From: Candidatus Gottesmanbacteria bacterium
GTDB taxonomy: Bacteria > Patescibacteriota > Microgenomatia > UBA10105 > UBA927
Assembly (NCBI GenBank): GCA_963714095.1
Contig: OY970230.1
Span: 532,084-596,083, forward strand
Direction of reading: 5' to 3'
Length of the DNA stretch: 64,000 nucleotides
The notes under the pieces were generated by a model. That model was not told where the DNA came from. It worked only from the letters and a program-made list of their open reading frames with translations, and ran no database searches. Position 1 is the stretch's first letter; the number at the start of each line of letters is the position of its first letter. Below, piece after piece: positions 20,105 to 30,169 of the stretch. Position numbers and translations under genes: made by a program.

Positions 20105-20686
20105 TTACGGAATGCACGTGACGACTTTCCACCAGTTAGTAATATAATCAACTCTCCGGTTTTGATACAGAAGATAATACGCATGTTCCCAGACGTCCAA
20201 AGCAATGATAGGGGTGTGCCCCGTAAGATACGGAGAATCCTGGTTGTGAGTCGTATATATTTCAAGCTTTTTATCACCGTTTTCCGCAAGCCATACCCAG
20301 CCGCTGCCGAAATGTCCGACTGCGGCGTCAGTAAATACTTTTTTAAATGCTTCGACACTCCCGAATTCCCGGGTAACACGCTCTATCAGTAATGTATTGA
20401 GGCGTTTCGTAGGACCCATGACCGTCCAAAAAAAAGCGTGGTTCACATGTCCCCCGCCGTTATTTTTCAGCGCCGTTCTGTCCTTCTCTTCCATGGGAAG
20501 AGTACTTACTTTCCGTAACAATTCCTCAACCGGCGTCTCCCCTAGAGATGGATATTTTGCCAATACTCCATTTAATTTATCAATATATGCCTGGTGGTGT
20601 TTTGTCAGATGAATTTCCATGGTCCTGGCATCAATATATGGCTCCAACGCATCATAGGCATATGGTAATTTGGGTAATATAATCAT
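20105..20686 (-). CDS. sodA: Fe/Mn superoxide dismutase
   Basis: 193 aa; LPKLPYAYDALEPYIDARTMEIHLTKHHQAYIDKLN ... DVWEHAYYLLYQNRRVDYITNWWKVV. Confidence 0.92.
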   Translation of the reverse strand: MIILPKLPYAYDALEPYIDARTMEIHLTKHHQAYIDKLNGVLAKYPSLGETPVEELLRKVSTLPMEEKDRTALKNNGGGHVNHAFFWTVMGPTKRLNTLLIERVTREFGSVEAFKKVFTDAAVGHFGSGWVWLAENGDKKLEIYTTHNQDSPYLTGHTPIIALDVWEHAYYLLYQNRRVDYITNWWKVVTCIP

Positions 20687-20829
20687 AGAGTTATAATTCT
20701 AGGGTGCACGTACCATGTATTCATATATATCCAGATTTTGAATAACTATGGTACTATTCATACTATCATAATGCATACATGCATCATACGTACCGTATAA
20801 ACGGAAGTCTGTAATCTTCATTACAAAGT

Positions 20830-21507
20830 ATGGAAGTAAATGCGAAAGTCGCTGCGTTTTTTTCTCAAAAACCGGTTCATTCCTGCAAAAAAGGAGACAT
20901 GATACTCGCTCCGGGAGATCCGATATCGGACGTGTATTATGTACAGGCAGGACTCGTGCGGTTATATTGCCTCTTAGGTGACGGAAAGGAATTAACGCTG
21001 AATATATTCAAACCGGGGTCATATTTCCCCATGTTTTTGATTTTAAATAATACCGCGAATCTCAATTATTTCCAGGCAATGACGGCCGCAAAACTATCTA
21101 AAACTTCCAAAGAAGACGTAGTGCGTTTTATAAAAAACGAACCTGACGTTCTTTTGGACTTTACAAAACGGCTTTCTGTCGGACTTAACGGTCTTATAAC
21201 AACTATTCAGTATTCACTGTTCGGGTCCGTACATACGAGAATTATTTCCGCCCTCTTGTTGCTGGCAAAACGGTTCGGGCAGCCGCTGCCCGACGGATCG
21301 GTTATGATTGCCATTCATCTAACACATCAGGATATTGCAAATATTGTCGGCGTGGCACGCGAAACCGTCAGTATTGAAATGGAGCGCCTTGAGCAAAAAA
21401 AACTGGTCGCAGACAACCGGAGAAAAATTACCATACGTAATGTTCCGCATCTTGAGCGGGAGGCTCTTATCGACGGTGATATCCAGATCACGGATTATAG
21501 TTTGTAA
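20830..21507 (+). CDS. Crp/Fnr-family transcriptional regulator (cNMP-binding domain + HTH)
   Basis: 225 aa; beta-roll region then HTH IANIVGVARETVSIEMERLEQKKLV. Confidence 0.8.
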   Translation: MEVNAKVAAFFSQKPVHSCKKGDMILAPGDPISDVYYVQAGLVRLYCLLGDGKELTLNIFKPGSYFPMFLILNNTANLNYFQAMTAAKLSKTSKEDVVRFIKNEPDVLLDFTKRLSVGLNGLITTIQYSLFGSVHTRIISALLLLAKRFGQPLPDGSVMIAIHLTHQDIANIVGVARETVSIEMERLEQKKLVADNRRKITIRNVPHLEREALIDGDIQITDYSL

Positions 21508-21854
21508 TCACAACTTTTTTAGTTCACCTGGGAGGTCAACAGCAGGACAAAATCGTGGAAAATACTATCTTCATACAATTTGTAAAGCCAACCGATTGAT
21601 ATGCGCTTTTCAATGATTAAATTATTCCACATATACCTGCGTTCCGCCGGGGAACCAAAATAGATCCTCTCTGAATGAACCGCATCTGCTGAAATGGTTT
21701 GGATATCTTTCATATATTCGCTACGTTGAGGCAGGAAAGAAGCGTTAATTTTTTGTTCAATTACCTGCCTCAACGCAGACTACATGAAGTGTACACTCTG
21801 AGAAAGTTTGAATTCCGTAATCTGGATTACAAAATAACGTATAATAATAACCGG

Positions 21855-22547
21855 ATGCTGAGTACCATTGAACCCTATCATCATCGTATAAACTGGTTCG
21901 CCGATTTAATTCTCGGCGGACAGGACGGAATCGTAAATGTTTTAGGGTTAATCCTGGGAGTCACGGCCGCCAACGGCAGTAATAAAATCCTCCTCGCCGC
22001 GTCACTTGCTGCAGGGCTTGCAGAAGCCGTTTCCATGGCAGCAGTTTCCTATACGTCCCAACAATCAAATAAAAATCACTATGAAAAAGAAAAACGGCGG
22101 GAATACTATGAAGTCGATCATATGCCGGAGACGGAAAAAACGGAAATACGCGATATTTACCGCCAGCGTGGGTTTAAAGGAAAAATACTGGAAGATATTG
22201 TACAAACAATTACCGCTGATAAAGAGAGATGGGTTTCCAATATGATGACGGACGAACTGGGGCTGGAACCCGTGGAAACAGCAAACATAGTCAAATCTGC
22301 TATTTTAGTCGGGTTGTCTGCCGCTGTGGGGTCGCTCATTCCCGTATTGCCATTCTTTTTCCTTATAGGAAAACCGGCCGTTTTGATCAGTCTAATTCTC
22401 GCTGCCTGTACATTATTTACGGTAGGCGTGTATCAGGCAAAAATAATGGTAGGAAACTTGTGGAAAAGCGGCGTACAGATGATGGGTATCGGACTGGGAT
22501 CTGCACTTGTCGGCTTCCTCGTCGGAAATTTATTCAAAGCAGCATAG
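21855..22547 (+). CDS. VIT1/CCC1-family Fe/Mn transporter
   Basis: ORF 21699..22547; VIT-domain begins near internal Met (DLILGGQDGIVNVLGLILGV...), five TM; 230 aa from 21855 fits family length; start uncertain. Confidence 0.6.
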   Translation: MLSTIEPYHHRINWFADLILGGQDGIVNVLGLILGVTAANGSNKILLAASLAAGLAEAVSMAAVSYTSQQSNKNHYEKEKRREYYEVDHMPETEKTEIRDIYRQRGFKGKILEDIVQTITADKERWVSNMMTDELGLEPVETANIVKSAILVGLSAAVGSLIPVLPFFFLIGKPAVLISLILAACTLFTVGVYQAKIMVGNLWKSGVQMMGIGLGSALVGFLVGNLFKAA

Positions 22548-22634
22548 GGACAATAACTTTCAAGGATTGATGCGGTCACCCCGGGATCCCGATTTTTACT
22601 TGTTATTATTGAAGGATATCCGTATTATAAATAT

Positions 22635-23201
22635 ATGGTAACACGTCAATATTTCGGATACGGGCCGACACTCAAAAACAGAAAAATCATAAAGGAGATT
22701 ATCGGGCGTGATCCCGGTGAAGGTCGAAGCGCCGTCATTAGAGGATTCCAGCTTGGATACCAAAGCTTAAGCCAAATACCCGAATCCGTTTCAAATAAAC
22801 TCCTGCAATTTTGGGGCGAGTCGTTTCGAGCGTACACATTAGTGAAAGGACCCGGCGTAGTCTCGGGAATTGTTTGGGAAATAACTGATGAAGAATTCAT
22901 CAAACTTCAACAATGGAATTTCGTCGGTGAATGGCGGATGATGACCAAAAATATTGTCATATTAGACGACAATACTGAGATCGCTGTAGATATGGATATA
23001 ACTCCCCCAACCCAATCGATTGAGGGCATAATTAAGAATGGAATGAAGGAGTTACCAAATCCCCTTCTTGAGGCTCTCCTTGAGGGAAAGAAGAAATTAA
23101 AGGATTACAAAGAAGGTATGGAGGAAGATGTCACCAAAACACGCGAAGTCTTGAGAATGATTGCTCAGAGGAAATATGATAATACACGAACGTATGCCTG
23201 A
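22635..23201 (+). CDS. gamma-glutamyl cyclotransferase-like (AIG2/GGCT fold) protein, tentative
   Basis: N-terminal YFGYGPTL resembles GGCT YFAYGSN motif; LVKGPGVVSGIVWEITDEEF resembles GGCT core. Confidence 0.35.
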   Translation: MVTRQYFGYGPTLKNRKIIKEIIGRDPGEGRSAVIRGFQLGYQSLSQIPESVSNKLLQFWGESFRAYTLVKGPGVVSGIVWEITDEEFIKLQQWNFVGEWRMMTKNIVILDDNTEIAVDMDITPPTQSIEGIIKNGMKELPNPLLEALLEGKKKLKDYKEGMEEDVTKTREVLRMIAQRKYDNTRTYA

Positions 23202-23249
23202 TTGAAAATTGTATTTTCTCTCATTTGTGAGTACTATAGAACCAAGGAT

Positions 23250-23882
23250 ATGAAAAAACGGTTGTTCATTATTTCTTTCAGCATACTCTGCCTGACTCTC
23301 TTTGCACCAACGCAGGTTATTGCGCAGCAGACGACGCTTACTCCGACTCCAACCTCCACGACACAGCAAAAATGTCAGATAATTACGGCAAGAATCAGTG
23401 CGATGATTACAAATGCAAATAAACGCCTGCAACAAAGGCAATCGGGCGCTTCAACGAGAGCTGCAGCCATACAGAAGTCTATCCAAAATTTACAGGCAAA
23501 AGGAGTCGATGTATCAAAATTACAGGCAGACCTGACGCAGTTAACAACACTGCTCAACCAATCGGTTACGGATTTCCAACTGTATATAACGAAACTTCAG
23601 GCAACGCAAAATTTTACCTGTGGTGACGCTCAGGGGCAATTTAAACAGGCGCTTATCGCTGCACGGACACAACTGCAGGTTGTACGGCAGGATAATAAAA
23701 CCATCATGCAGTTTATCACCGGAACGCTGATGAAAGATTTGCAGGTACTCCGTCCGTCTACGGGTGCGGCGCGAGGGAATAGAGGCGTCGGAAGCGGAAG
23801 TGCATTTCCCAGAGGATTCAGACAAAATAGGTTTGGTAGCGGGACGCCCGGGGCGACAAACAGTCCGGTTCCGACGCAATAG
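23250..23882 (+). CDS. secreted Gln-rich coiled-coil protein
   Basis: ORF 23202..23882; signal peptide MKKRLFIISFSILCLTLFAPTQVIAQQ from internal Met. Confidence 0.4.
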   Translation: MKKRLFIISFSILCLTLFAPTQVIAQQTTLTPTPTSTTQQKCQIITARISAMITNANKRLQQRQSGASTRAAAIQKSIQNLQAKGVDVSKLQADLTQLTTLLNQSVTDFQLYITKLQATQNFTCGDAQGQFKQALIAARTQLQVVRQDNKTIMQFITGTLMKDLQVLRPSTGAARGNRGVGSGSAFPRGFRQNRFGSGTPGATNSPVPTQ

Positions 23883-23891
23883 GTCGTATAT

Positions 23892-24170
23892 ATGAAAAAA
23901 ACACTGATTATCATACTTGTTCTATTGATTTTCGGAGGGGCGGCATTCTACATTATAAAAAAATACGCTTCCCCAAACACTCCGTCGTACCAAACAAATA
24001 CGACAACCGTTGTTCCCACAAACTCTACAAATGCAACCACGATACCGACGGGCAGTCCAAGCTCCATAACACAATCAAATGACGGCACGGATACAACTGC
24101 CATTGATCAAAATACGAAAGATGATAATGCAGACAGCGGATCGTTAGACAGCATGATATCTTCATTGTAG
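23892..24170 (+). CDS. small membrane-anchored Thr/Asn/Ser-rich protein
   Basis: 92 aa; N-terminal TM LIIILVLLIFGGAAFYII then low-complexity tail. Confidence 0.3.
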   Translation: MKKTLIIILVLLIFGGAAFYIIKKYASPNTPSYQTNTTTVVPTNSTNATTIPTGSPSSITQSNDGTDTTAIDQNTKDDNADSGSLDSMISSL

Positions 24171-24182
24171 TTTTCCCTATTA

Positions 24183-24803
24183 TTGACACCTTTCAGCCTC
24201 AAACGATATACTACTGCAATCATGACACCGGTGAAACAACAGCGTTCTCCGTTTTTTATCGTACTACTCTGCGTAATTTCCAGTTTCATTGGCGGAGTTG
24301 CCGGCGCCGTAGGCCTGAAAATTTGGGAAGAACAACCAAATCAACGCATTGCAAACACGTATGAAGATGAAGTAGCCTCTTTCGTAAGCCCCACCACCGT
24401 CAAAAAAATGATTGATGAGAAAGATTCGACTTTTATTCTTGTAGACCTTCGTAGTAAACAGGAATACGACACCGAACATATTACCGGCGCCGTAAATATC
24501 CCGGCAGTATCGATGAACGCCGACCAGATAGTCAAGGCATTTCAGCGTCTTCCGAAAAAGAAACAGGTTATTGTCCATTGCTACAGCGCCTCATGCACGT
24601 TGGGCCGACAGATCGGCAAATTACTCGCGGAGCATGGTATCTTTGTGCAAGAAATGGATGTCGGATGGAACGAATGGCGCTATCATTGGGATCTTTGGAA
24701 TCCGGGTGCCGGACCATTGGACGGAAAAGCGTACATTGCTACCGGTGCGGCTGATCCGAATGCTCCCATTATCCCTTGTACCGCGGGAACGTTTGGATGT
24801 TAG
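24183..24803 (+). CDS. membrane-anchored rhodanese-domain protein
   Basis: TM helix FFIVLLCVISSFIGGVAGAV; rhodanese fold VDLRSKQEYDTEHITGAVNIP...VIVHCYSASC (active-site Cys loop). Confidence 0.7.
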   Translation: MTPFSLKRYTTAIMTPVKQQRSPFFIVLLCVISSFIGGVAGAVGLKIWEEQPNQRIANTYEDEVASFVSPTTVKKMIDEKDSTFILVDLRSKQEYDTEHITGAVNIPAVSMNADQIVKAFQRLPKKKQVIVHCYSASCTLGRQIGKLLAEHGIFVQEMDVGWNEWRYHWDLWNPGAGPLDGKAYIATGAADPNAPIIPCTAGTFGC

Positions 24804-24865
24804 CCATAATTCCGCATCTTGATTGATTAGAAACCCTTAGTAGAGGATGTTTGGACTTTTTCGGA

Positions 24866-27190
24866 TTAATGAACCTTAATCACTCCGTTCGTCAGAGGCG
24901 TGATGGGAGCTGCTGTCGATGGGTCACGGGGCTGAGTGTCATAAATAGTGGTATTTGAGGAATCTGTAATCAGGATGCGCATTAAACTTTGTCCGCCGGT
25001 CTGACTGCCGTCAATACCGGAAAACAGGAAAGTATAACCGCCTGATCCGTTGATTGTACCTGTTCCTTCCACTGTTGCTTCTGCGCCGCTCACAACTAAC
25101 CACTGAAATGAAGTTGAGGAAAAATCAATATTCCCGGTTTTGAATGTAAATTTGCTCTGACCTATTGGAATAGTTAGATGTCCTCCATTATATTTCGCAT
25201 CTATGCCGAATTTTACGTCTCCTGCGGCCTGTGCATTCTGTTTATCCCACCCGGCGGTTGAATTATAGCTCCCCGAGCTCGTGAGAAAACCCCCTGACGG
25301 GTCGTAGACGACAACGTATTGGAACGGCGGGGAAACAGCGGACATACCGTCATCATCAGTGACAGTCAAAGTTATCGTATAGACACCGGCGCTTGTGTAT
25401 GTGTGCGTATCGCTTACCGATCCCGAACCGTTCGTTTCCGTGACTGTTCCGGCGGTTGTATTGCCATCCCCCCAGTTCCAGGACGCGGTGTGGGTATCCA
25501 GGACACCCGGATCTGAAAAAGTCGAAGACGCCGTGACTGCGTTTCCTACCTGGACAGACGTGGCTGTCGTAGAAATGGTATGTACGGTAGGCGGAACGTC
25601 ATGAACTGTAACTGCTCCCGTGCCTGTCCCTGTTGCGCCCTGGTTATCCGTAACTGTAACTGTAACTGTATATGTTCCTTCATCTTTGTAGACATGGGTA
25701 AGATTGAAGTTCGTACCGGAAAGTGTAAGCGGTTGCGTTCCTGATCCGTCACCATAATCCACCGTTGCATTCCAACCCATTGAATCCGGATCAGTAAAAG
25801 AACCGGAGGAGCTGTACGTATCGCCTTCATTGATAGTTGCAGACTGTATCGCGTTGACTACCGGAGGTTGATTTGGTGTGGGGGTCGGCGTACCCATATA
25901 GTATACAGCCCGAATGGAAACTGCGGTCGGATACGTCGGCAGACTAAGGAAAAGGTCTGCGGTATGATCTGCCGGTGCGATATACCAGGATGGATATACC
26001 GTTGTCGTATTTATGTCCCGGTCAGAAGATGTGGAAAAATCAAATGTACCGACATTCGTACAACCCAGCTGAAGACCACTCAAAAAACTATTCCACGTGA
26101 CGGTCTTTTCGTCATATGACGGACATCCGAAGATTGAGACTTTCGGACCACCGCTCAAAGGTTGTGGAACCATGTATAAGATCAAGTTATTTATTATCGC
26201 TCCGGACGGCAGCGAAGAGGAATCGAATTTTACTAAACCATCGACTTCCCTTCCAGACGATCCGGTATACGAAATTATCCGGGAGCTGGGATTTAAAAAG
26301 GTTTGACCGGGAAAAGAACTGTCAACATTGTTCATATTGAGGACATACAATAACGTATTAGTAGTAAAATCAGACCCCGTCAGCACGTTCGAGGTCCCCG
26401 GCACTAATTGCGGCACTATGTACCCCCATGGAGCATATGTCAGCCTGCCTGTATCGCCCGAGGGAGAATAATCGGACACAAACGGTCCTGTGTCATCGAA
26501 GTGCCATCCGCCAACCAAATTAGTCAAACTCGGATCGCCGGCAATTCCGGATCGGCCATTATCATAATCTGTCTGAATTTGTTCTTGGCTGTAACCGGTA
26601 TTAAAAATCTTCACTTCATCAATTAAACCGGAATAAAACCGTCTTGGAAAGTCTGCTGAATTCATTTCTGCACCAACCGTAGAAAGATTATTCATTGGTA
26701 CATTTGGACTTGTATAGTACTGCGTATCAGATTGCTTACCGTTAAGGTATAAATAGGAATCGCCGCCCCTTCGAACGAGTGCAACGTGTTGCCAGACATC
26801 ATTTTGCAATGGGATTCCCGGATTCAGCAACTTCACGGTGACTACGCCTCCATAAAGGCCAACTAACCGTAGCTTTCCGGTGCCGTCGTCCTGCACCGCA
26901 AGACCCCACCCCCCATAATCGTTGCCGTTGTAGTAAATCATTCCGACTGGTCCGACGGGTGGACTACCTATAATATTATTATTATTTGTTATTAACGCAT
27001 GCGGCTTAATCCATGCCGTAACCGTAAAATTATCAGTGGCATTTGTTGGACTATTCAAAAACTTTACGTATCCAACTTCCCCGTCGAAGGAAAGGACATT
27101 ATTAAACGGAACAGCGTAAACAGGTGAAGCGCGTGACGACAGGAATATGCCGATAAACAATAAGAAAATACAGAAAACAAATCTTTTCAT
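24866..27190 (-). CDS. large secreted surface protein: LamG_3 (concanavalin-like) domain + two PKD-like domains + C-terminal beta-rich region
   Basis: 774 aa; signal peptide; LamG_3 pattern NFTVTAWIKP...DEVKIFNTGYSQEQI; PKD repeats TVDYGDGSGTQ...HVYKDEGTYTVTVTVTDNQG and WNWGDGNTTAG...HTYTSAGVYTITLTVTDDDG. Confidence 0.75.
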   Translation of the reverse strand: MKRFVFCIFLLFIGIFLSSRASPVYAVPFNNVLSFDGEVGYVKFLNSPTNATDNFTVTAWIKPHALITNNNNIIGSPPVGPVGMIYYNGNDYGGWGLAVQDDGTGKLRLVGLYGGVVTVKLLNPGIPLQNDVWQHVALVRRGGDSYLYLNGKQSDTQYYTSPNVPMNNLSTVGAEMNSADFPRRFYSGLIDEVKIFNTGYSQEQIQTDYDNGRSGIAGDPSLTNLVGGWHFDDTGPFVSDYSPSGDTGRLTYAPWGYIVPQLVPGTSNVLTGSDFTTNTLLYVLNMNNVDSSFPGQTFLNPSSRIISYTGSSGREVDGLVKFDSSSLPSGAIINNLILYMVPQPLSGGPKVSIFGCPSYDEKTVTWNSFLSGLQLGCTNVGTFDFSTSSDRDINTTTVYPSWYIAPADHTADLFLSLPTYPTAVSIRAVYYMGTPTPTPNQPPVVNAIQSATINEGDTYSSSGSFTDPDSMGWNATVDYGDGSGTQPLTLSGTNFNLTHVYKDEGTYTVTVTVTDNQGATGTGTGAVTVHDVPPTVHTISTTATSVQVGNAVTASSTFSDPGVLDTHTASWNWGDGNTTAGTVTETNGSGSVSDTHTYTSAGVYTITLTVTDDDGMSAVSPPFQYVVVYDPSGGFLTSSGSYNSTAGWDKQNAQAAGDVKFGIDAKYNGGHLTIPIGQSKFTFKTGNIDFSSTSFQWLVVSGAEATVEGTGTINGSGGYTFLFSGIDGSQTGGQSLMRILITDSSNTTIYDTQPRDPSTAAPITPLTNGVIKVH

Positions 27191-27268
27191 ACCCCGTTAA
27201 ATTAACGATATACCCTATAAAATTTTTGTCAAGAAGAGATACAGGTTAATATATTATATAATGAGCCA

Positions 27269-28936
27269 ATGCGGAATTATAAAATTTGGATACTCGTCCT
27301 CATCGGCTTTTTCGTATATGGAAACATACTTTTTAATAGTTTTTTGTTAGATGACGAAGTCCAAATACTCCGCGATACCGCAGTCCATTCACTTATTAAT
27401 TTCCCTACGTATTTTCTGGGCAGCACTTTTAATAACGGCGGAACGGCGATCGGATTATATTACAAGCCCCTCATGACGACTGGGTTTGCACTGATATATA
27501 GCATTTTCGGGGCACAGGCGTGGGCATTTCATTTTGTCCAGATTATCCTTCATATTACAACAGGAATTCTCGTGTACCTTATTCTCAAAAAACTCCTTAA
27601 ACATGACCTGCTCGCGTGGTTTCTCGCCGCCGTTTTTCTCGTTCATCCTATTAACTCGGAGGCTGTTGCATATATTGCTGATTATCAGGATGTACTTTTC
27701 CTTTTGTTTGGACTCCTGAGTTTATTTGCCGACTCCCCATACATTTCTGCTCTGCTTCTTTTCGCTTCACTTCTGTGTAAAGAAACAGGAATTGTCATGG
27801 CAGCAATTGTCACGCTTTACTATGTTCTATACAAACGAAATAAACTCAAGGTATTTCTTGCGAGTTTAACTGGGATATTGCTGCTATACGTTTTTTTACG
27901 GTTTGGAGTAGCTCACCTGCCGATCGGTAAAAGTAAACTCACTCCCATTGCCGTCCTGCCGCTCTCCGGACGTCTCATGAATGCTCCCGCCATTATGTTT
28001 TATTACTTAAAAACGTTTATCTGGCCGGACAATCTTGCCATTAATCAATTGTGGATAGTGAAAAAAATCACGTGGATGACATTTACGTTTCCTTTGCTTG
28101 CCGATACGGTTTTTTGCAGTCTGTTAGGATGGTTTTTGTTTGTTCTCAAGCGCACTCAATCAAAATTGCTAACTCCTTATCTTTTTTTCCTGTTTTGGAT
28201 TCTTGTCGGTATCGGTTTTCATCTACAACTTTTCCCTCTGGACGTCACAGTTTCCGCCCGATGGTTCTATCTCCCCATGATTGGTCTCCTGGGCATGATT
28301 GGATGCACATGGTTATTTTTATCGAGCCGCTTAACGATCAATCATTCTGTTAAAAAATTCTTGATCGGTGTCATAATTATCGTTCTAGTTTCTTTATCCA
28401 TCAGAACCTTTATGCGCACATTTGACTGGCGAAACGGACTAACTCTAACTAAACATGATCTTGCATTATCACCCGATAACTTTCTTTTAGAGAATAACTA
28501 TGGTGTAGAGCTATTCCGTATAGGGGAATTAGATGAGGCCTCGATACATTACCGGCGATCTATCGAACTCCAATCTCGTTGGTGGGAAAATTATAACAAT
28601 TTAGGGATTTATTACCTCCTTAAAGGAAATCTGAGTGCCGCAGAATCGTCATATATAAAATCAATTACTAACGGGGAATATTATGATGCCTACGCTAACC
28701 TTTCACTTCTCTATCTCAAAGAAAAACGATATGTGGAGTCACTTAACTACCTGGAAGAAACACTCCGACTTTTTCCACAAAGTCAGCAAAATTCAAAAAT
28801 TCTTTACGCGCTTGCCATCGACTATTACCAAACCGGCCAAAAAGAACAAGCATTAATTGTTGCATCCTCCCTACTAAAAATCGACTCAAGTTCTTTAAAT
28901 CAAGAACTGTATCAGTTTATCAAAACAAATAAATAG
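27269..28936 (+). CDS. TMTC-like GT-C membrane protein (PMT/ArnT-like, DE motif in first loop) with C-terminal TPR repeats
   Basis: 555 aa; >10 TM helices; loop-1 LLDDEVQIL (Asp-Glu of PMT/GT-C); C-terminal TPR-like YNNLGIYYLLKGNLSAAESSY... ; AT-rich. Confidence 0.55.
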   Translation: MRNYKIWILVLIGFFVYGNILFNSFLLDDEVQILRDTAVHSLINFPTYFLGSTFNNGGTAIGLYYKPLMTTGFALIYSIFGAQAWAFHFVQIILHITTGILVYLILKKLLKHDLLAWFLAAVFLVHPINSEAVAYIADYQDVLFLLFGLLSLFADSPYISALLLFASLLCKETGIVMAAIVTLYYVLYKRNKLKVFLASLTGILLLYVFLRFGVAHLPIGKSKLTPIAVLPLSGRLMNAPAIMFYYLKTFIWPDNLAINQLWIVKKITWMTFTFPLLADTVFCSLLGWFLFVLKRTQSKLLTPYLFFLFWILVGIGFHLQLFPLDVTVSARWFYLPMIGLLGMIGCTWLFLSSRLTINHSVKKFLIGVIIIVLVSLSIRTFMRTFDWRNGLTLTKHDLALSPDNFLLENNYGVELFRIGELDEASIHYRRSIELQSRWWENYNNLGIYYLLKGNLSAAESSYIKSITNGEYYDAYANLSLLYLKEKRYVESLNYLEETLRLFPQSQQNSKILYALAIDYYQTGQKEQALIVASSLLKIDSSSLNQELYQFIKTNK

Positions 28937-29076
28937 CTTATCAGAAGGCGCTAAAATGTTTTGTTCAGAGGGATGAATTCGAACTTAAAAACGTTTACTT
29001 GTTTTCAAGGTATATATGCCGAAAGACATACAATATGCAATAATACCCTTTTCATTATAAGTGTATAATAATTTCA

Positions 29077-29532
29077 ATGGAAAACGAATCGGAAATAACC
29101 AAAGCCAGTAAATTAAAACATAAATTAATATTAAATAGCACAGCCCAGGAAAAAATCCATGGCAACGGTATCATCGGTAAAGTAAATACTTTTTTAGCAG
29201 TTTTTATCACGAAGGCAGTAGGATCGATGTGGTGCGCATATATTTTTGCCATCCTTGCCATTATTTCTCTCCCGGCGGCCATACGATCCCATGATCCGAT
29301 TATTATCGTAGCCTGGACCGCCCAGACATTTTTACAGTTAGTCCTTTTGCCCATCATTATCGTAGGCCAAAATGTTCAGGCTGAGGCAAGTGATCAGAGG
29401 GCCCAAAATGACCATCTCATACTCATGGCCATCCATACGCTTTCAACCGAAATCTATAAAATTAATGAACGCCAAACCAAAATTCTCGATTTATTGGAAA
29501 AAAAGACAGAGTCACCCGGTAAAAAATCCTGA
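29077..29532 (+). CDS. DUF1003-family membrane protein
   Basis: 151 aa; two TM; LLPIIIVGQNVQAEASDQRAQNDH resembles DUF1003 core (..QNRQ..D..). Confidence 0.5.
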   Translation: MENESEITKASKLKHKLILNSTAQEKIHGNGIIGKVNTFLAVFITKAVGSMWCAYIFAILAIISLPAAIRSHDPIIIVAWTAQTFLQLVLLPIIIVGQNVQAEASDQRAQNDHLILMAIHTLSTEIYKINERQTKILDLLEKKTESPGKKS

Positions 29533-29577
29533 TAGATTTTGCCTTCTTTGCGCCGATCGGCAGATGAAGATTCGAAC

Positions 29578-29760
29578 TTATTTTTTCCGGTACAGTAGAA
29601 AAATATTGAGAGTCAATAAGAAAAGCAAACTAATATAGGAAACTTTTTGAACTATGGTACCGCTAAACCCTTCATCAATGCCGTTATAGGTAATCCAAAG
29701 AATAAAGATGAAGTCGCCAAAAATGGCTAGGTAGCGAAATAATTTATACCAATCACTCAT
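29578..29760 (-). CDS. small two-TM membrane protein
   Basis: 60 aa hydrophobic ORF. Confidence 0.25.
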   Translation of the reverse strand: MSDWYKLFRYLAIFGDFIFILWITYNGIDEGFSGTIVQKVSYISLLFLLTLNIFLLYRKK

Positions 29761-29769
29761 AAGGCGAAG

Positions 29770-30057
29770 TTATAAACCGAAACACATATTACCTACACAC
29801 GCCCATGGTAAATCCCCGTCCAGATACCATCTCCCGTGATACTTCACGATTTTAATCGTCTGGCCGTTGTCTGTTTTGCACATTCCGTAATCTTCTTTCT
29901 TTTCCAGTAATTGGACACATCCCCTAAACGCATAATAATTTTCAAACGTGCTATGAGCTTTTCTTAAAAACAGATATTGATGAATCATGAAAACAAAAAA
30001 CGTTATCCCAACCACAAGTGCAGCGACTATCATTATTTTATTCTTCGATAGTTTCAC
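29770..30057 (-). CDS. small membrane-anchored protein with 4-Cys C-terminal domain
   Basis: 95 aa; TM IMIVAALVVGITFFVFMI; C...C.....C....C at C-terminus. Confidence 0.3.
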   Translation of the reverse strand: MKLSKNKIMIVAALVVGITFFVFMIHQYLFLRKAHSTFENYYAFRGCVQLLEKKEDYGMCKTDNGQTIKIVKYHGRWYLDGDLPWACVGNMCFGL

Positions 30058-30169
30058 CGAAGCAATTATATCAGAGAGTTCGAATACCCATTCATAGTTA
30101 TCATAAAAGGACCCTCTGGGTCTGCTCTAGAGATATGATTACAGAAGGGGTATTATTATTTCATTACGC

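Noticed and set aside
21519-21773. 84-aa minus-strand ORF between the Crp/Fnr gene and the VIT gene
   Set aside because: No motif or RBS seen and it overlaps the alternative upstream start of the VIT ORF; kept as uncertain, not called.
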